A stretch of 64,000 nt of DNA from NCBI GenBank assembly GCA_039028615.1, contig JBCCHT010000003.1, forward strand, positions 384,001 through 448,000, given 5' to 3'. Shown here piece after piece: positions 19,154 through 27,377 of the stretch. Positions within the stretch are counted from its first letter, which is position 1; each line of letters starts with the position of its first letter. A program made the translations under genes and the position numbers. Source of the stretch: Myxococcota bacterium. Its GTDB lineage: Bacteria > Myxococcota_A > Polyangia > Nannocystales > Nannocystaceae. Under the pieces are notes generated by a model that saw nothing but the letters and a program-made list of their open reading frames with translations, did no database searches and was not told the origin of the DNA.

Positions 19154-20746
19154 TCACCCGCGATGGCCCTGCAGGTACCCGGCCATGAGTGCTGGTTCGG
19201 TGGCGTGCTTCATCGCTTCTTCCGTCGTCAACATGCCGCGTCTCACCAAGCTGGCCATGCACGCCTCGAACGAGAGCATGCCGTCGGCGCGACCCTTCTG
19301 AATCTCGCTTTGGATCTGGTGGCCACGGCCCTCGCGGATCTTGGTGGCGACGGGCGTATTGACCCGCAGTATCTCGACGGCGGGCACGCGCTGCGGCCAA
19401 GTGCGCCCCGGTAGGAGCCGCTGGGTGACGATGGCCCGCAGCGCCCCCGCGAGCTGGAAGCGAACCTGCCCCTGCTGATGCTCGGGGAACGAGTCGATCA
19501 CGCGATCGAGGGCCATGGCCGCGTCGGCGGCATGAAGTGTGCTGAGCACCAGGTGACCCGTCTCGGCGGCGGTCAGGGCGGCGGCCATCGTCTCGTGGTC
19601 TCGCATCTCGCCCACCAGGATCACGTCGGGGCTCTCGCGCAGGGCGGAGCGCAGGCCTTCGCTGAACGAGCTGACGTGCACGCCGAGCTGTCGCTGATGC
19701 ACCAGCGCCCGACGATGCTGATACTGATACTCGATCGGATCTTCGAGGGTGATGATGTGCTTGGCCGCGCTGCGATTGAGCTGCTCGATGAGCGCGACCA
19801 AGGTGGTGGACTTGCCCGAGCCCGCGGTGCCGGTCATCAACACCAGCCCGCTGCGCAGCGCGACGAGGGGACCGAGCTCGGCGGGGAGGTTCAGCACGTC
19901 GAGCGTCGGCGGATCGGCGCGGACCGGTCGCAGCGCGAGCGCCAGCCCGCTGCTCTGCAAGAACAGGTTGCCGCGATAGCGCTGGGCCCGGCCTTGGGTA
20001 CCGATGCGCAGCGCGAGGTCGGCACTGCCGCGGTTGTGGAGCTCATGCCGAGCCCTCGGCCCGAACACGGGGGCCACCAGCGCCCGCAGCTGGTTCTCGT
20101 CCACCGGGTGCTGGCCGAGCTCGGTCAGCTCCCCGCCGATGCGCAGGCGAACGTTGCTGCCGTGGGACAGCAGGATGTCGCTGGCGTTCTCGTCGTGCGC
20201 CCGAGCCAAGATGGCGGCGAAGGGCCCGGGGTCGAGCAGCGGATCGGCGGTGATGGCCTCGAGCGCAGGCGGCTGCGTCGGCGGAGGCGGCGGTTGGTTG
20301 GCCGCGGCCGGGGTCGAGGTGCTCTCGGGCGGAGGAGGCGGTGGCGTGGCCGCGGTGAGATCGGGCGGCGCACTCGGAAAGGAGGGCGCCGGCTTCGGTG
20401 GCTCGTCGGCGGCCGGAGTTGACGATTGCGTCGCCGTGTCCTCGCTCTTGTGACGAAGTGTCAGCCGAGGCCCGTCGGCGCGGGGCTCCACGAGCACGCC
20501 GTAGGTGTTCCCGTCCTCGGCGTCGTAGCTGGTCTCGACGTTGTGTCCTTCGCCCAGGCTCTGGCGCTGGCTCGAATCGAGCAGGTCCTGGAGCATGGAC
20601 TCGACCATGTCGCGGCCGAGCGCGGGCATCGACAGCGTCTGCGGCTCGCCTCGCTTGGAGAGCCAGGGCGGCTCGGTCGAGGGAATGACCAACAGATCTG
20701 CCCGCTGCGCGGACATGAGATTGAGTAAGGAGTCGACGAGAGCCAT
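19154..20746 (-). CDS. PilT/PilU-family retraction ATPase with an extra N-terminal domain
   Basis: ASDI, GTAGSGKSTT, TLEDPIE, LRESPDVILVGEMRD, AETGHLVLSTLH. Confidence 0.9.
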   Translation of the reverse strand: MALVDSLLNLMSAQRADLLVIPSTEPPWLSKRGEPQTLSMPALGRDMVESMLQDLLDSSQRQSLGEGHNVETSYDAEDGNTYGVLVEPRADGPRLTLRHKSEDTATQSSTPAADEPPKPAPSFPSAPPDLTAATPPPPPPESTSTPAAANQPPPPPTQPPALEAITADPLLDPGPFAAILARAHDENASDILLSHGSNVRLRIGGELTELGQHPVDENQLRALVAPVFGPRARHELHNRGSADLALRIGTQGRAQRYRGNLFLQSSGLALALRPVRADPPTLDVLNLPAELGPLVALRSGLVLMTGTAGSGKSTTLVALIEQLNRSAAKHIITLEDPIEYQYQHRRALVHQRQLGVHVSSFSEGLRSALRESPDVILVGEMRDHETMAAALTAAETGHLVLSTLHAADAAMALDRVIDSFPEHQQGQVRFQLAGALRAIVTQRLLPGRTWPQRVPAVEILRVNTPVATKIREGRGHQIQSEIQKGRADGMLSFEACMASLVRRGMLTTEEAMKHATEPALMAGYLQGHRG

Positions 20747-20902
20747 CGCGTACCGAGTGCGTCTGCACTCAGCATGCCAGGCCCACGACGGGCGGGGGCG
20801 ACGCGTCGGAATCGTCGCGGACGGGGGCTTGGCGGGCGCCCCATGGCGGCGGCCGATCGGGCCCGGGAGGCCCGACCGCCGCGGTCGAGGATCCGTCTCG
20901 GC

Positions 20903-21220
20903 TCAGATGCCGCGGACGGTCGTACAGATCTTGCCGTAGAGCCGACCGTAGCCGGTGTACACGGTGTCGACGGTCACGATCTGATTGATGCCCGCCTGCT
21001 TCTTGGCGGTACCGATCGAGCTGTCGCCGAGCGAAACGATGCCCGCGATGTTCTGCGAGCAGGTCTGACCGGCCTTCTCGGCCTTGCCCATTTCGGTGAC
21101 GTCGAGAGACTCGGCGTGCCCCATATAGGTGGCGTTGCCGGTCTGTGAGCTCATGGTGACGCAACCGCTCAGGGGCACCGACGCGACGAGGATCGCGAGT
21201 GCAGTGATGAGCTTGGGCAT
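20903..21220 (-). CDS. TRL-like family lipoprotein
   Basis: Lipobox LSGC; G.TCSQNI.GIV..GDSSI..AK...CT.VRG pattern. Confidence 0.75.
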   Translation of the reverse strand: MPKLITALAILVASVPLSGCVTMSSQTGNATYMGHAESLDVTEMGKAEKAGQTCSQNIAGIVSLGDSSIGTAKKQAGINQIVTVDTVYTGYGRLYGKICTTVRGI

Positions 21221-21224
21221 CGGC

Positions 21225-21542
21225 TCAGGACCCCCGCACGATGGTGCAGACCCGGCCGTAGAACCCGAGGATGCTGAGGAGCTTGTAGTCGACGGACGAT
21301 ACGGTGGTGATCTGTCCGGTCGTCTTGGCGCTGGCGATCGAGCTGTCGCCGATGGCCACGATGCCCAGAATGTTCTGAGAGCACGAACGGCCTTCTTTGT
21401 CGGCTCCGGCCACGGAGGTGGCGGTTCCGGCCTCGGTTTGAAGCGCGATCGCGGCGGGACCCGTCCTCGCGCCTACGGTGGCACAGCCGCCTCCCAGCAT
21501 CGAGGCGCAGACGAGCATACAAAAAGTGGTCTTGGCACGCAT
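21225..21542 (-). CDS. TRL-like family lipoprotein (tandem paralog)
   Basis: Start MRAKTT; lipobox-like GGGC; same CSQNILGIVAIGDSSI...CTIVRG pattern. Confidence 0.75.
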   Translation of the reverse strand: MRAKTTFCMLVCASMLGGGCATVGARTGPAAIALQTEAGTATSVAGADKEGRSCSQNILGIVAIGDSSIASAKTTGQITTVSSVDYKLLSILGFYGRVCTIVRGS

Positions 21543-21603
21543 TGTTCGGCATCGTAGAGAGGCCTTGAAACCCACTCCAAAAAACAGGCAAAACCCGACA
21601 GCG

Positions 21604-22101
21604 ATGCGAGCGCTTGCATACACAGTGGCCCTGTTTGGAACAGTTGCGAGCCTTGGATGTGTAAACAAGGTCGTTCGTTTTACTCAACGAGACATGGCGG
21701 GTCGCCACGATGGTTGTCCGCCCATGACGGTGAGCGTCGACGAGCGCGAGGCTCCGCTCGTGCACGCCGAAGGCTGCGGCGTCACGAGTGACTACATGCC
21801 GGTTTGTGCCGGTCGGGCGTGCAACGTCAATCCCGTCTCGAATGCACTTCGGCTCGCCGCGTTCGAGGCGGAGTGTGAAGACACCGAGATGACGGTCGAG
21901 TCGACCGAAGGCCACGATGTGGTGATCGTCGGCTGTGGGTGGCGCTTCGGTTATCGCGCGACGCTGCAGGGATGGGCCAAGACCTCGGCCGAGGAAACCG
22001 GCGAGCCCAGCCCCGGCACCGATGAACTCGCAGAGGACTCGGACGAGGCCGAAGACGACGCGGACGAGCGGGCCGAAGGCGAGCCCGAAACGTCGCTCTA
22101 G
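21604..22101 (+). CDS. Lipoprotein with two small Cys-containing repeats and an acidic tail
   Basis: MRALAYTVALFGTVASLGC lipobox; two C...GCG modules. Confidence 0.65.
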   Translation: MRALAYTVALFGTVASLGCVNKVVRFTQRDMAGRHDGCPPMTVSVDEREAPLVHAEGCGVTSDYMPVCAGRACNVNPVSNALRLAAFEAECEDTEMTVESTEGHDVVIVGCGWRFGYRATLQGWAKTSAEETGEPSPGTDELAEDSDEAEDDADERAEGEPETSL

Positions 22102-22117
22102 CGCGCTGCGGCGCCGC

Positions 22118-22465
22118 TCAGCTGGCGCTTCCCGACCAGTTCAGCGTGGACTCGGTCTCGCCCTGATCGGCCTCGGTACGCCACTGCAGGTGCTCGGTCG
22201 CCCATCGGGCGACCGCGTCGGGGTCGGGCTCGTCTTTGACCAGCTCGGCTGCGACCGCGTCGCAGGCCCGCGCCCCCTCGAGCGCGCTATTGGACACGCC
22301 CGTGGTGCGCTCCTTGGGCTCGCGGCCCGGCAGCATCACGACCCAGCCCCATTCCTTGCCGTCGTCGTCGTTGGCGGCGAGGAAGGCAAACAGCTTGCCG
22401 TCTTCGAATCGCGCCATTCGGTGGTGCTGGTACTTCCACTGCCCGACGACTCCGACCTCCCGCAT
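22118..22465 (-). CDS. Hypothetical protein
   Basis: MREVGVVGQWKY... 115 aa; TAGCGT hexamer 7 nt upstream. Confidence 0.55.
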   Translation of the reverse strand: MREVGVVGQWKYQHHRMARFEDGKLFAFLAANDDDGKEWGWVVMLPGREPKERTTGVSNSALEGARACDAVAAELVKDEPDPDAVARWATEHLQWRTEADQGETESTLNWSGSAS

Positions 22466-22664
22466 CGCGGCTACGCTATCTCGCGGCGCTTTCGGCCGCA
22501 AGCGAGGAATCACCTATCGAACGCCGTTCCTCCCGCCCACGGTCGTCTTCGCGACGCAGGATCGCCCCACCGAGACCGCTTGTTTTAAGCCGACCTTAAG
22601 TACCCGCGCCCAGGCCTTCGCCCTACCTTCAGCGCACACCCCATCGGGGAGGGAGCAACGAATC

Positions 22665-22982
22665 ATGACTCAACGACGGACGCGAGCACGCCTCGCCTGC
22701 GCGGCAATCATGTTCACGGCGGTGTTCGCCGTGGCGCTGGGCTCGGGCCGCTCGGCACAGGCCGAGGGGGAGACCCCCTGCACGGCCAAATCCTTCAAGA
22801 ACGGCAAGGTGGAGGCCGCCTGCCGAGCGGGAGGGCGCACCGAGGCGAAGAAGCTGATGAAGACCGTGGTCAAGAAGGCCAAGGCGGCGGGTGAGTCGAT
22901 GAATTGCAAGTCATGTCACTCCTCCCTCAAGGACTTTGCGCTCACCCCCAATGCGGTGGCGGATCTGGAGAAGTGGCTATGA
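22665..22982 (+). CDS. Small secreted monoheme c-type cytochrome
   Basis: GGGAG SD; signal peptide ending AQA; CKSCH near the C-terminus; Lys-rich. Confidence 0.7.
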   Translation: MTQRRTRARLACAAIMFTAVFAVALGSGRSAQAEGETPCTAKSFKNGKVEAACRAGGRTEAKKLMKTVVKKAKAAGESMNCKSCHSSLKDFALTPNAVADLEKWL

Positions 22983-23437
22983 AGTGGCAAGGACTATGGA
23001 TCGCATGTGCGCTGGCGTCGACGATGCCGGCCTGTGACCCGGAGACGGACGAGGACACGGGAGCGGCGGGCACCGACGACGGCGATGCGAGCGGTGACGA
23101 CGACGCCAACGCGGACGGCTCGGGCGGAGACGCGGCCGGGTTCGCGAATACGGTGGGCCCCGTGCTCACCGCGAACTGCAGCTGCCACATCACGGGCGCG
23201 GGCGGCTTGTCGTTCGGCGACGATGCCTACGCCGCGATCGTGGGCGTGGCCGCGGCCGGGGCCGACCTCAACTACATCGAGCCCAACGACGTCGAAGCCA
23301 GCTACATCGTGCACAAGATCCGCGGCACCCAGGATTCGGTGGGCGGTGGCGGTGACGTGATGCCGCCCGGCGGCATGGTCAGCGATGCTGACGTCCAGAC
23401 GATCGTGGACTGGATCGAAGCGGGCGCGCCCGAGTAG
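22979..23437 (+). CDS. Cytochrome c-like lipoprotein (planctomycete cytochrome c-type domain)
   Basis: ATGA overlap; MPAC lipobox-like; NCSCH; P.D.E.SY..HKI.G; MPP; I.DWI.AGA. Confidence 0.75.
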   Translation: MKWQGLWIACALASTMPACDPETDEDTGAAGTDDGDASGDDDANADGSGGDAAGFANTVGPVLTANCSCHITGAGGLSFGDDAYAAIVGVAAAGADLNYIEPNDVEASYIVHKIRGTQDSVGGGGDVMPPGGMVSDADVQTIVDWIEAGAPE

Positions 23438-23452
23438 GCGCCTCATCGCGGC

Positions 23453-24610
23453 CTAGCGCCGCGGCGGAGCGATCCACAGGGTCAGCTGCGCCGCGGTGGT
23501 CAGCTCGATCCCACCGAGGCGGAACAATACGTCCGGCGGGGCTCCGGCCAGCGCCGAGTCGTAGGCGAAGATGCGGGCCGAGCCGCCCGTGCCCAGCACG
23601 CTGACACCCAGCTCGGTGCGCAGGCCGACCTGCAGCAGCAGCGTGGGCGTGACGCGGAATCGGGCCGATGGTTCGATGGCCGCCAGCGCGCCCCACAGCG
23701 GGGTGGCTCGCCCGTCGCCGAGCGGCGTCGCCGTGTCCTGCTGCCCGTCGAAGCGGACGACCCAGGGCTCCACGGTGGGTCCGGCCACGGCCGTGACCCC
23801 GAATCGCTCGTGTCGCCACGCATAGCCGCCCGCCAGGTGCAGGCGGTTGCGCCATAGTCGATGCCCGAGCGCACCGCGGCCTCCGACCCGCAGCCCCAGC
23901 TCGACCAGCCAGCCCCGACGCGCGCGTCCGGCTACCCGCGCCGCGCCGCCCAGCGCCGAGAAGCCGCGGTTGTCCGCGGGCGCGAGGCCAAAGGTCGGGT
24001 GCAGTGCCAACGAGACCCCGAGCTCGTAGGGCGGAGGCTCGGGTGGACCAGGCTCCTCGGGTTCGGGCTCCGGCTCGGGTTCGGGCTCCGGTTCCGCGGG
24101 CGGCGTGTCGTCGGCGGGTTCGGGCTCGGGCTCCGGCTCGGGTCGCGGGATCTCGACCTGCTCTTCGTCGGCCTCGATCTGCTCCTGCTCGATCGCCACC
24201 AGCGTATTGGCCACCGTGGTCGCGATGCTCCGCAGGGGACGCTCGGCCTCGGGCTCGAGACGCCGCAGATAGGCCCGTTGATCGGACAGCACGATGGTCA
24301 GCCCGACGGGCGAATCGGGCCCGGCCTCGACCACCACTTCCACATAAGCGAACAGCTGCCCCTCGAGCGCTTTGAAGGTCGCATCCTCGAAGGGCAGGAT
24401 CTCGAGATCGGGCAGGCGTGGTTGCAGGGCCTCCCGCAGCTCGCTCCACTCGGCGCCTTCGACCCGCAGGATGGCGGTGCGGATCTCGGTGGTCTCCGCG
24501 GGCGGAGCGTCGGGCACCTGGGCTTCGGCGGCGGGCCCGGCCACGGCGAGCGGGGCGGGGCCGACCAGCAGCCCCACCGCGACGAGCACCTGGGCGACCC
24601 AACGCGTCAC
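23453..24610 (-). CDS. Exported protein with PE-repeat linker and probable C-terminal beta-barrel
   Basis: GTG 1 nt after the upstream stop; hydrophobic signal; (PE)n linker; amphipathic strands ending LTLWI. Confidence 0.7.
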   Translation of the reverse strand: MTRWVAQVLVAVGLLVGPAPLAVAGPAAEAQVPDAPPAETTEIRTAILRVEGAEWSELREALQPRLPDLEILPFEDATFKALEGQLFAYVEVVVEAGPDSPVGLTIVLSDQRAYLRRLEPEAERPLRSIATTVANTLVAIEQEQIEADEEQVEIPRPEPEPEPEPADDTPPAEPEPEPEPEPEPEEPGPPEPPPYELGVSLALHPTFGLAPADNRGFSALGGAARVAGRARRGWLVELGLRVGGRGALGHRLWRNRLHLAGGYAWRHERFGVTAVAGPTVEPWVVRFDGQQDTATPLGDGRATPLWGALAAIEPSARFRVTPTLLLQVGLRTELGVSVLGTGGSARIFAYDSALAGAPPDVLFRLGGIELTTAAQLTLWIAPPRR

Positions 24611-24611
24611 T

Positions 24612-25442
24612 TCAAGAAGGGTAGCAGCCGGGACTCCACGGGAAGTCGCAGCAGCTGTTGGCTGCATCCGCACAGCACGTGTGGCCGGGGAAGGAGGGGC
24701 AGCAGGAGATCACGTCGAAGGGACCGCTGCAGCAGACGGACTCGGGGTCGGTACAGCAGGGATTGTTGGGTTCCTGGAGGCAACACTCGGGACTCGCCGA
24801 GTCGATGCAGCAGGGCTCGGCGGGCGAGTAGCAGCACACGCTCTTGGGATCGATGCAGCACCAGGAGCCCGGCGCTACGTCGCAGCACTCGCCGCTGCCG
24901 GGCTGGATACAGCAGGGATGGGACGGGTCGGTGAGGCAGCAGGCGTCGCTACCGGGGTCGGTGCAGCAGGGGCCGAAGGGATCGACGCAACACGGGTCGC
25001 CCGGGTTGAAGCAACAATAGTCCTCCGGGTCCGCGCAGCACGGATCGTCGGGGTTGTTGCAGCAGGGCGACTCGGGATCGGTGCAGCACGGGTCCTTGGA
25101 GCCGCAGCAGGGATCGGCCGGATCGCAGCACCACGGGTCTTTGGGGTTGTCGCAACAATCGGGATCGCCGGGGAAGCTGCAGCACCCCGGCATCGCGTCG
25201 TCGCACGGCGGAGGGCCGCTGTCGTCGCACTGCTCGCCCATGCACGGGCCATCGGTGGGCGGAGGCGGCGTCATGCCGCTGCCCATGCCCATGCCCATGC
25301 CCGTGCTCCCGCTCGTGGTGCCGGGACCGGTGCTCGCCGGGGCGGGCCCGACCAGGAAGTCTTCGGTGGTGCAGGCGAGGGTCAGCCCGGCCAGCCCGAG
25401 GATGGCGATGATTCGATGGTGGCGTCGACGGTTCGTCGTCAC
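24612..25442 (-). CDS. Lipoprotein with 22 vicinal Cys-Cys repeats
   Basis: GTGA overlap with the upstream gene; RRRHHR-IIAILGLAGLTLAC signal; repeats of the CCxxPxxP type. Confidence 0.8.
   Translation of the reverse strand: MTTNRRRHHRIIAILGLAGLTLACTTEDFLVGPAPASTGPGTTSGSTGMGMGMGSGMTPPPPTDGPCMGEQCDDSGPPPCDDAMPGCCSFPGDPDCCDNPKDPWCCDPADPCCGSKDPCCTDPESPCCNNPDDPCCADPEDYCCFNPGDPCCVDPFGPCCTDPGSDACCLTDPSHPCCIQPGSGECCDVAPGSWCCIDPKSVCCYSPAEPCCIDSASPECCLQEPNNPCCTDPESVCCSGPFDVISCCPSFPGHTCCADAANSCCDFPWSPGCYPS
24630..25184 (-). repeat. Degenerate 21-30 nt coding tandem repeat (CC-x5-8 units)
   Basis: gcagca/gcaaca/acaaca recurs every 21-30 nt on the + strand, 22 units. Confidence 0.85.
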
Positions 25443-26518
25443 TCGCGGGGCTCCCCCGACGCGGCACCCGGCCCTCGACTCAGCGCGCGTTCGGCCTGTC
25501 GATGGTAGGCCCCCGTGGGGAAGTCGTCGAGGTAGCGCTCCCAACACCCGGACCGCTTGCTCTTGGTCGACTGTCGACACAAGCCGGCTCGGGCGTCGTC
25601 GGCGAAGCGCCCTCGCGGGAACTTGCGCAGGTACTCGCGCCACAGCGTCCCTTGGCCCGCCGTGTCGCCGCGGCGATGTGCCAGGGTGAACAGGTCGCCG
25701 TAGGCGAGCTGTGCGAGGCTGCTGCGCCCGCCCTTGCGGACGATCGCTCGGAACGCCTTCTCTGCGCCCGCGATGTCTCCGGCGTGCAGTCGATCTTGGG
25801 CTTCGGCGTCCATCCGCTGCAGGGCCTCGACCCGGCGATCCTTGCGTTCGGTCGCTCGCTTGCGCCGGGTCTTGGTCGGCTCGGGCGTGGGCTCGGGCTC
25901 CGGCGGCGCGACCTCTTCGAGCGGCACGGGCTCCTCGGGCACGATCGCCTCTTCGGGCGGCAGCGGAGCCGGGGTGACCGGAGCACGCCGAGCTCGTGGG
26001 GCCCGGACCAGCTGCGGCTTGTCGGGGGTGCCTTCGGTGTCCGCTTCGAGCACGCGCCGATCGGAGTTGGCTTGATCGATCGCTTGGTTGTCGTCGCGCT
26101 GGGCCTCGGAGCGCAGCGCGTTGCGAACGTCGATGAGTCCGACCAACAACAAGATGGCCGCGGCGGCGGCCAAGGCTCCGCCGACCACCGCCCACCGAGC
26201 GATGCGCGAGCCGGGGCGCGGGAGCCCGGGCGGAGGTTGTTGGGTCTGGGCGTAGACGTCGACCTCGGCCTCGGCCCGCGCGGCTTCCACGAAGGGCGCA
26301 ATGGCGGCCACCAGCGCGGCTTCGTCGGGGGACGACGGCGGGGCCGGACGCACGGGTTGGTTGGTCTGCAGCCCGGGGTCGAGCCGACGTGCCCGGTTGA
26401 GCACGGCGGCAAAGGGCGGGACGACGATCTCGTCGCTCTCCGCTTCTTCGCTGGCCGCGTCGAGCAGGTCGTCGATGGCTCGATCCGTCTGCGGATCGAA
26501 GTCGTCGTGCGGAGTCAT
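25439..26518 (-). CDS. Putative anti-sigma factor: single TM, Pro-rich linker, C-terminal TPR-like helices
   Basis: ATGA overlap with the ECF sigma; TM WAVVGGALAAAAAILLLVGLI; two YL..FP.G repeats. Confidence 0.75.
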   Translation of the reverse strand: MTPHDDFDPQTDRAIDDLLDAASEEAESDEIVVPPFAAVLNRARRLDPGLQTNQPVRPAPPSSPDEAALVAAIAPFVEAARAEAEVDVYAQTQQPPPGLPRPGSRIARWAVVGGALAAAAAILLLVGLIDVRNALRSEAQRDDNQAIDQANSDRRVLEADTEGTPDKPQLVRAPRARRAPVTPAPLPPEEAIVPEEPVPLEEVAPPEPEPTPEPTKTRRKRATERKDRRVEALQRMDAEAQDRLHAGDIAGAEKAFRAIVRKGGRSSLAQLAYGDLFTLAHRRGDTAGQGTLWREYLRKFPRGRFADDARAGLCRQSTKSKRSGCWERYLDDFPTGAYHRQAERALSRGPGAASGEPRE

Positions 26519-27147
26519 GCGTGCACCCGCAGTTCACGCTCGTTGAGCCAGCCGCGGCGGGTGAGCTCGTCGCGAATGCGGCTGCGGGCACGAGTGACCC
26601 GAACCGCGACGTTGGAGGTGGAGATGCCGAGTCGCTCGGCGGCCTCGGCCGTGCTCAGGCCCTGGACCTCGCGCAGCACGAAGGCCTCGCGCCAGCGCGG
26701 CGGCAGATCGTCGAGCACCTCGTAGAGCACTCGGCTTCGCTCGCGTCGCAGATGACCACCGTCGGGGTCTTCGTTGCGGGGCCGAGCGAAGTCGACGTGC
26801 TCGTAGCGCTCCATGGCCCGGTTGCGATTGCGGTTCTTTCGCCAGTGCTTGCGGACCACGTTGAGGGCAATCCCGTGCATCCAGCCCGCGAAGGCACGGC
26901 GACCGTCGTAGCGACGAGAGCTGGCCATGGCCTGGGCGAAGGTCTCTTGGGTGAGCTCCTCGGCCAGGCCCCGGTCGCCGCACAGGTAGCGCACCTGGCG
27001 GAACACGGTGGCGTAGTGCCGCTCGTACAGCGCCGACCACGCATCTACATCACCCGTGGTCGCCCGCGCCTCGAGCTCGTCGAGCGAGGGCTCGGGTTCG
27101 GCGACTGCCTCTACGGGGCGCAGATGGGGTGGATGCGAGCGATTCAT
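26515..27147 (-). CDS. ECF RNA polymerase sigma factor
   Basis: Region 2 AEELTQETF...W..GIA.N; region 4 LPPRWREAFVLREVQGLS..E.AE.LG; start 27147 or 27186. Confidence 0.9.
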   Translation of the reverse strand: MNRSHPPHLRPVEAVAEPEPSLDELEARATTGDVDAWSALYERHYATVFRQVRYLCGDRGLAEELTQETFAQAMASSRRYDGRRAFAGWMHGIALNVVRKHWRKNRNRNRAMERYEHVDFARPRNEDPDGGHLRRERSRVLYEVLDDLPPRWREAFVLREVQGLSTAEAAERLGISTSNVAVRVTRARSRIRDELTRRGWLNERELRVHA

Positions 27148-27377
27148 TGGCCGTCGAGGACCACTTACCCCGAGTTTGCCAGCCATTACGGTTGCGTGGA
27201 TCGCGGCTTGTGCCGGGCCCGATCGGCGCGGCGAAAAACAATCTGTAATCGATCGAGGCCAGGGGGAAATAGACAGATGACAACCGACGCACTACGCGTC
27301 TTCACCCGGCGGTCCTTCGGTCTTGGGACGGTCCGAGGGAACGCCGGGTGGAGACCTTTTTCGCGCGGGACGGCGCC

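Noticed and set aside
24612..25442. CC-repeat protein as a multi-core RiPP precursor
   Set aside because: It has a lipoprotein signal, no repeated cleavage motifs, and no modifying enzymes nearby
24612..26591. 659-aa track ORF as one protein
   Set aside because: The first 383 codons overlap the anti-sigma gene in another frame; the real start is the GTG at 25442, which has a signal peptide
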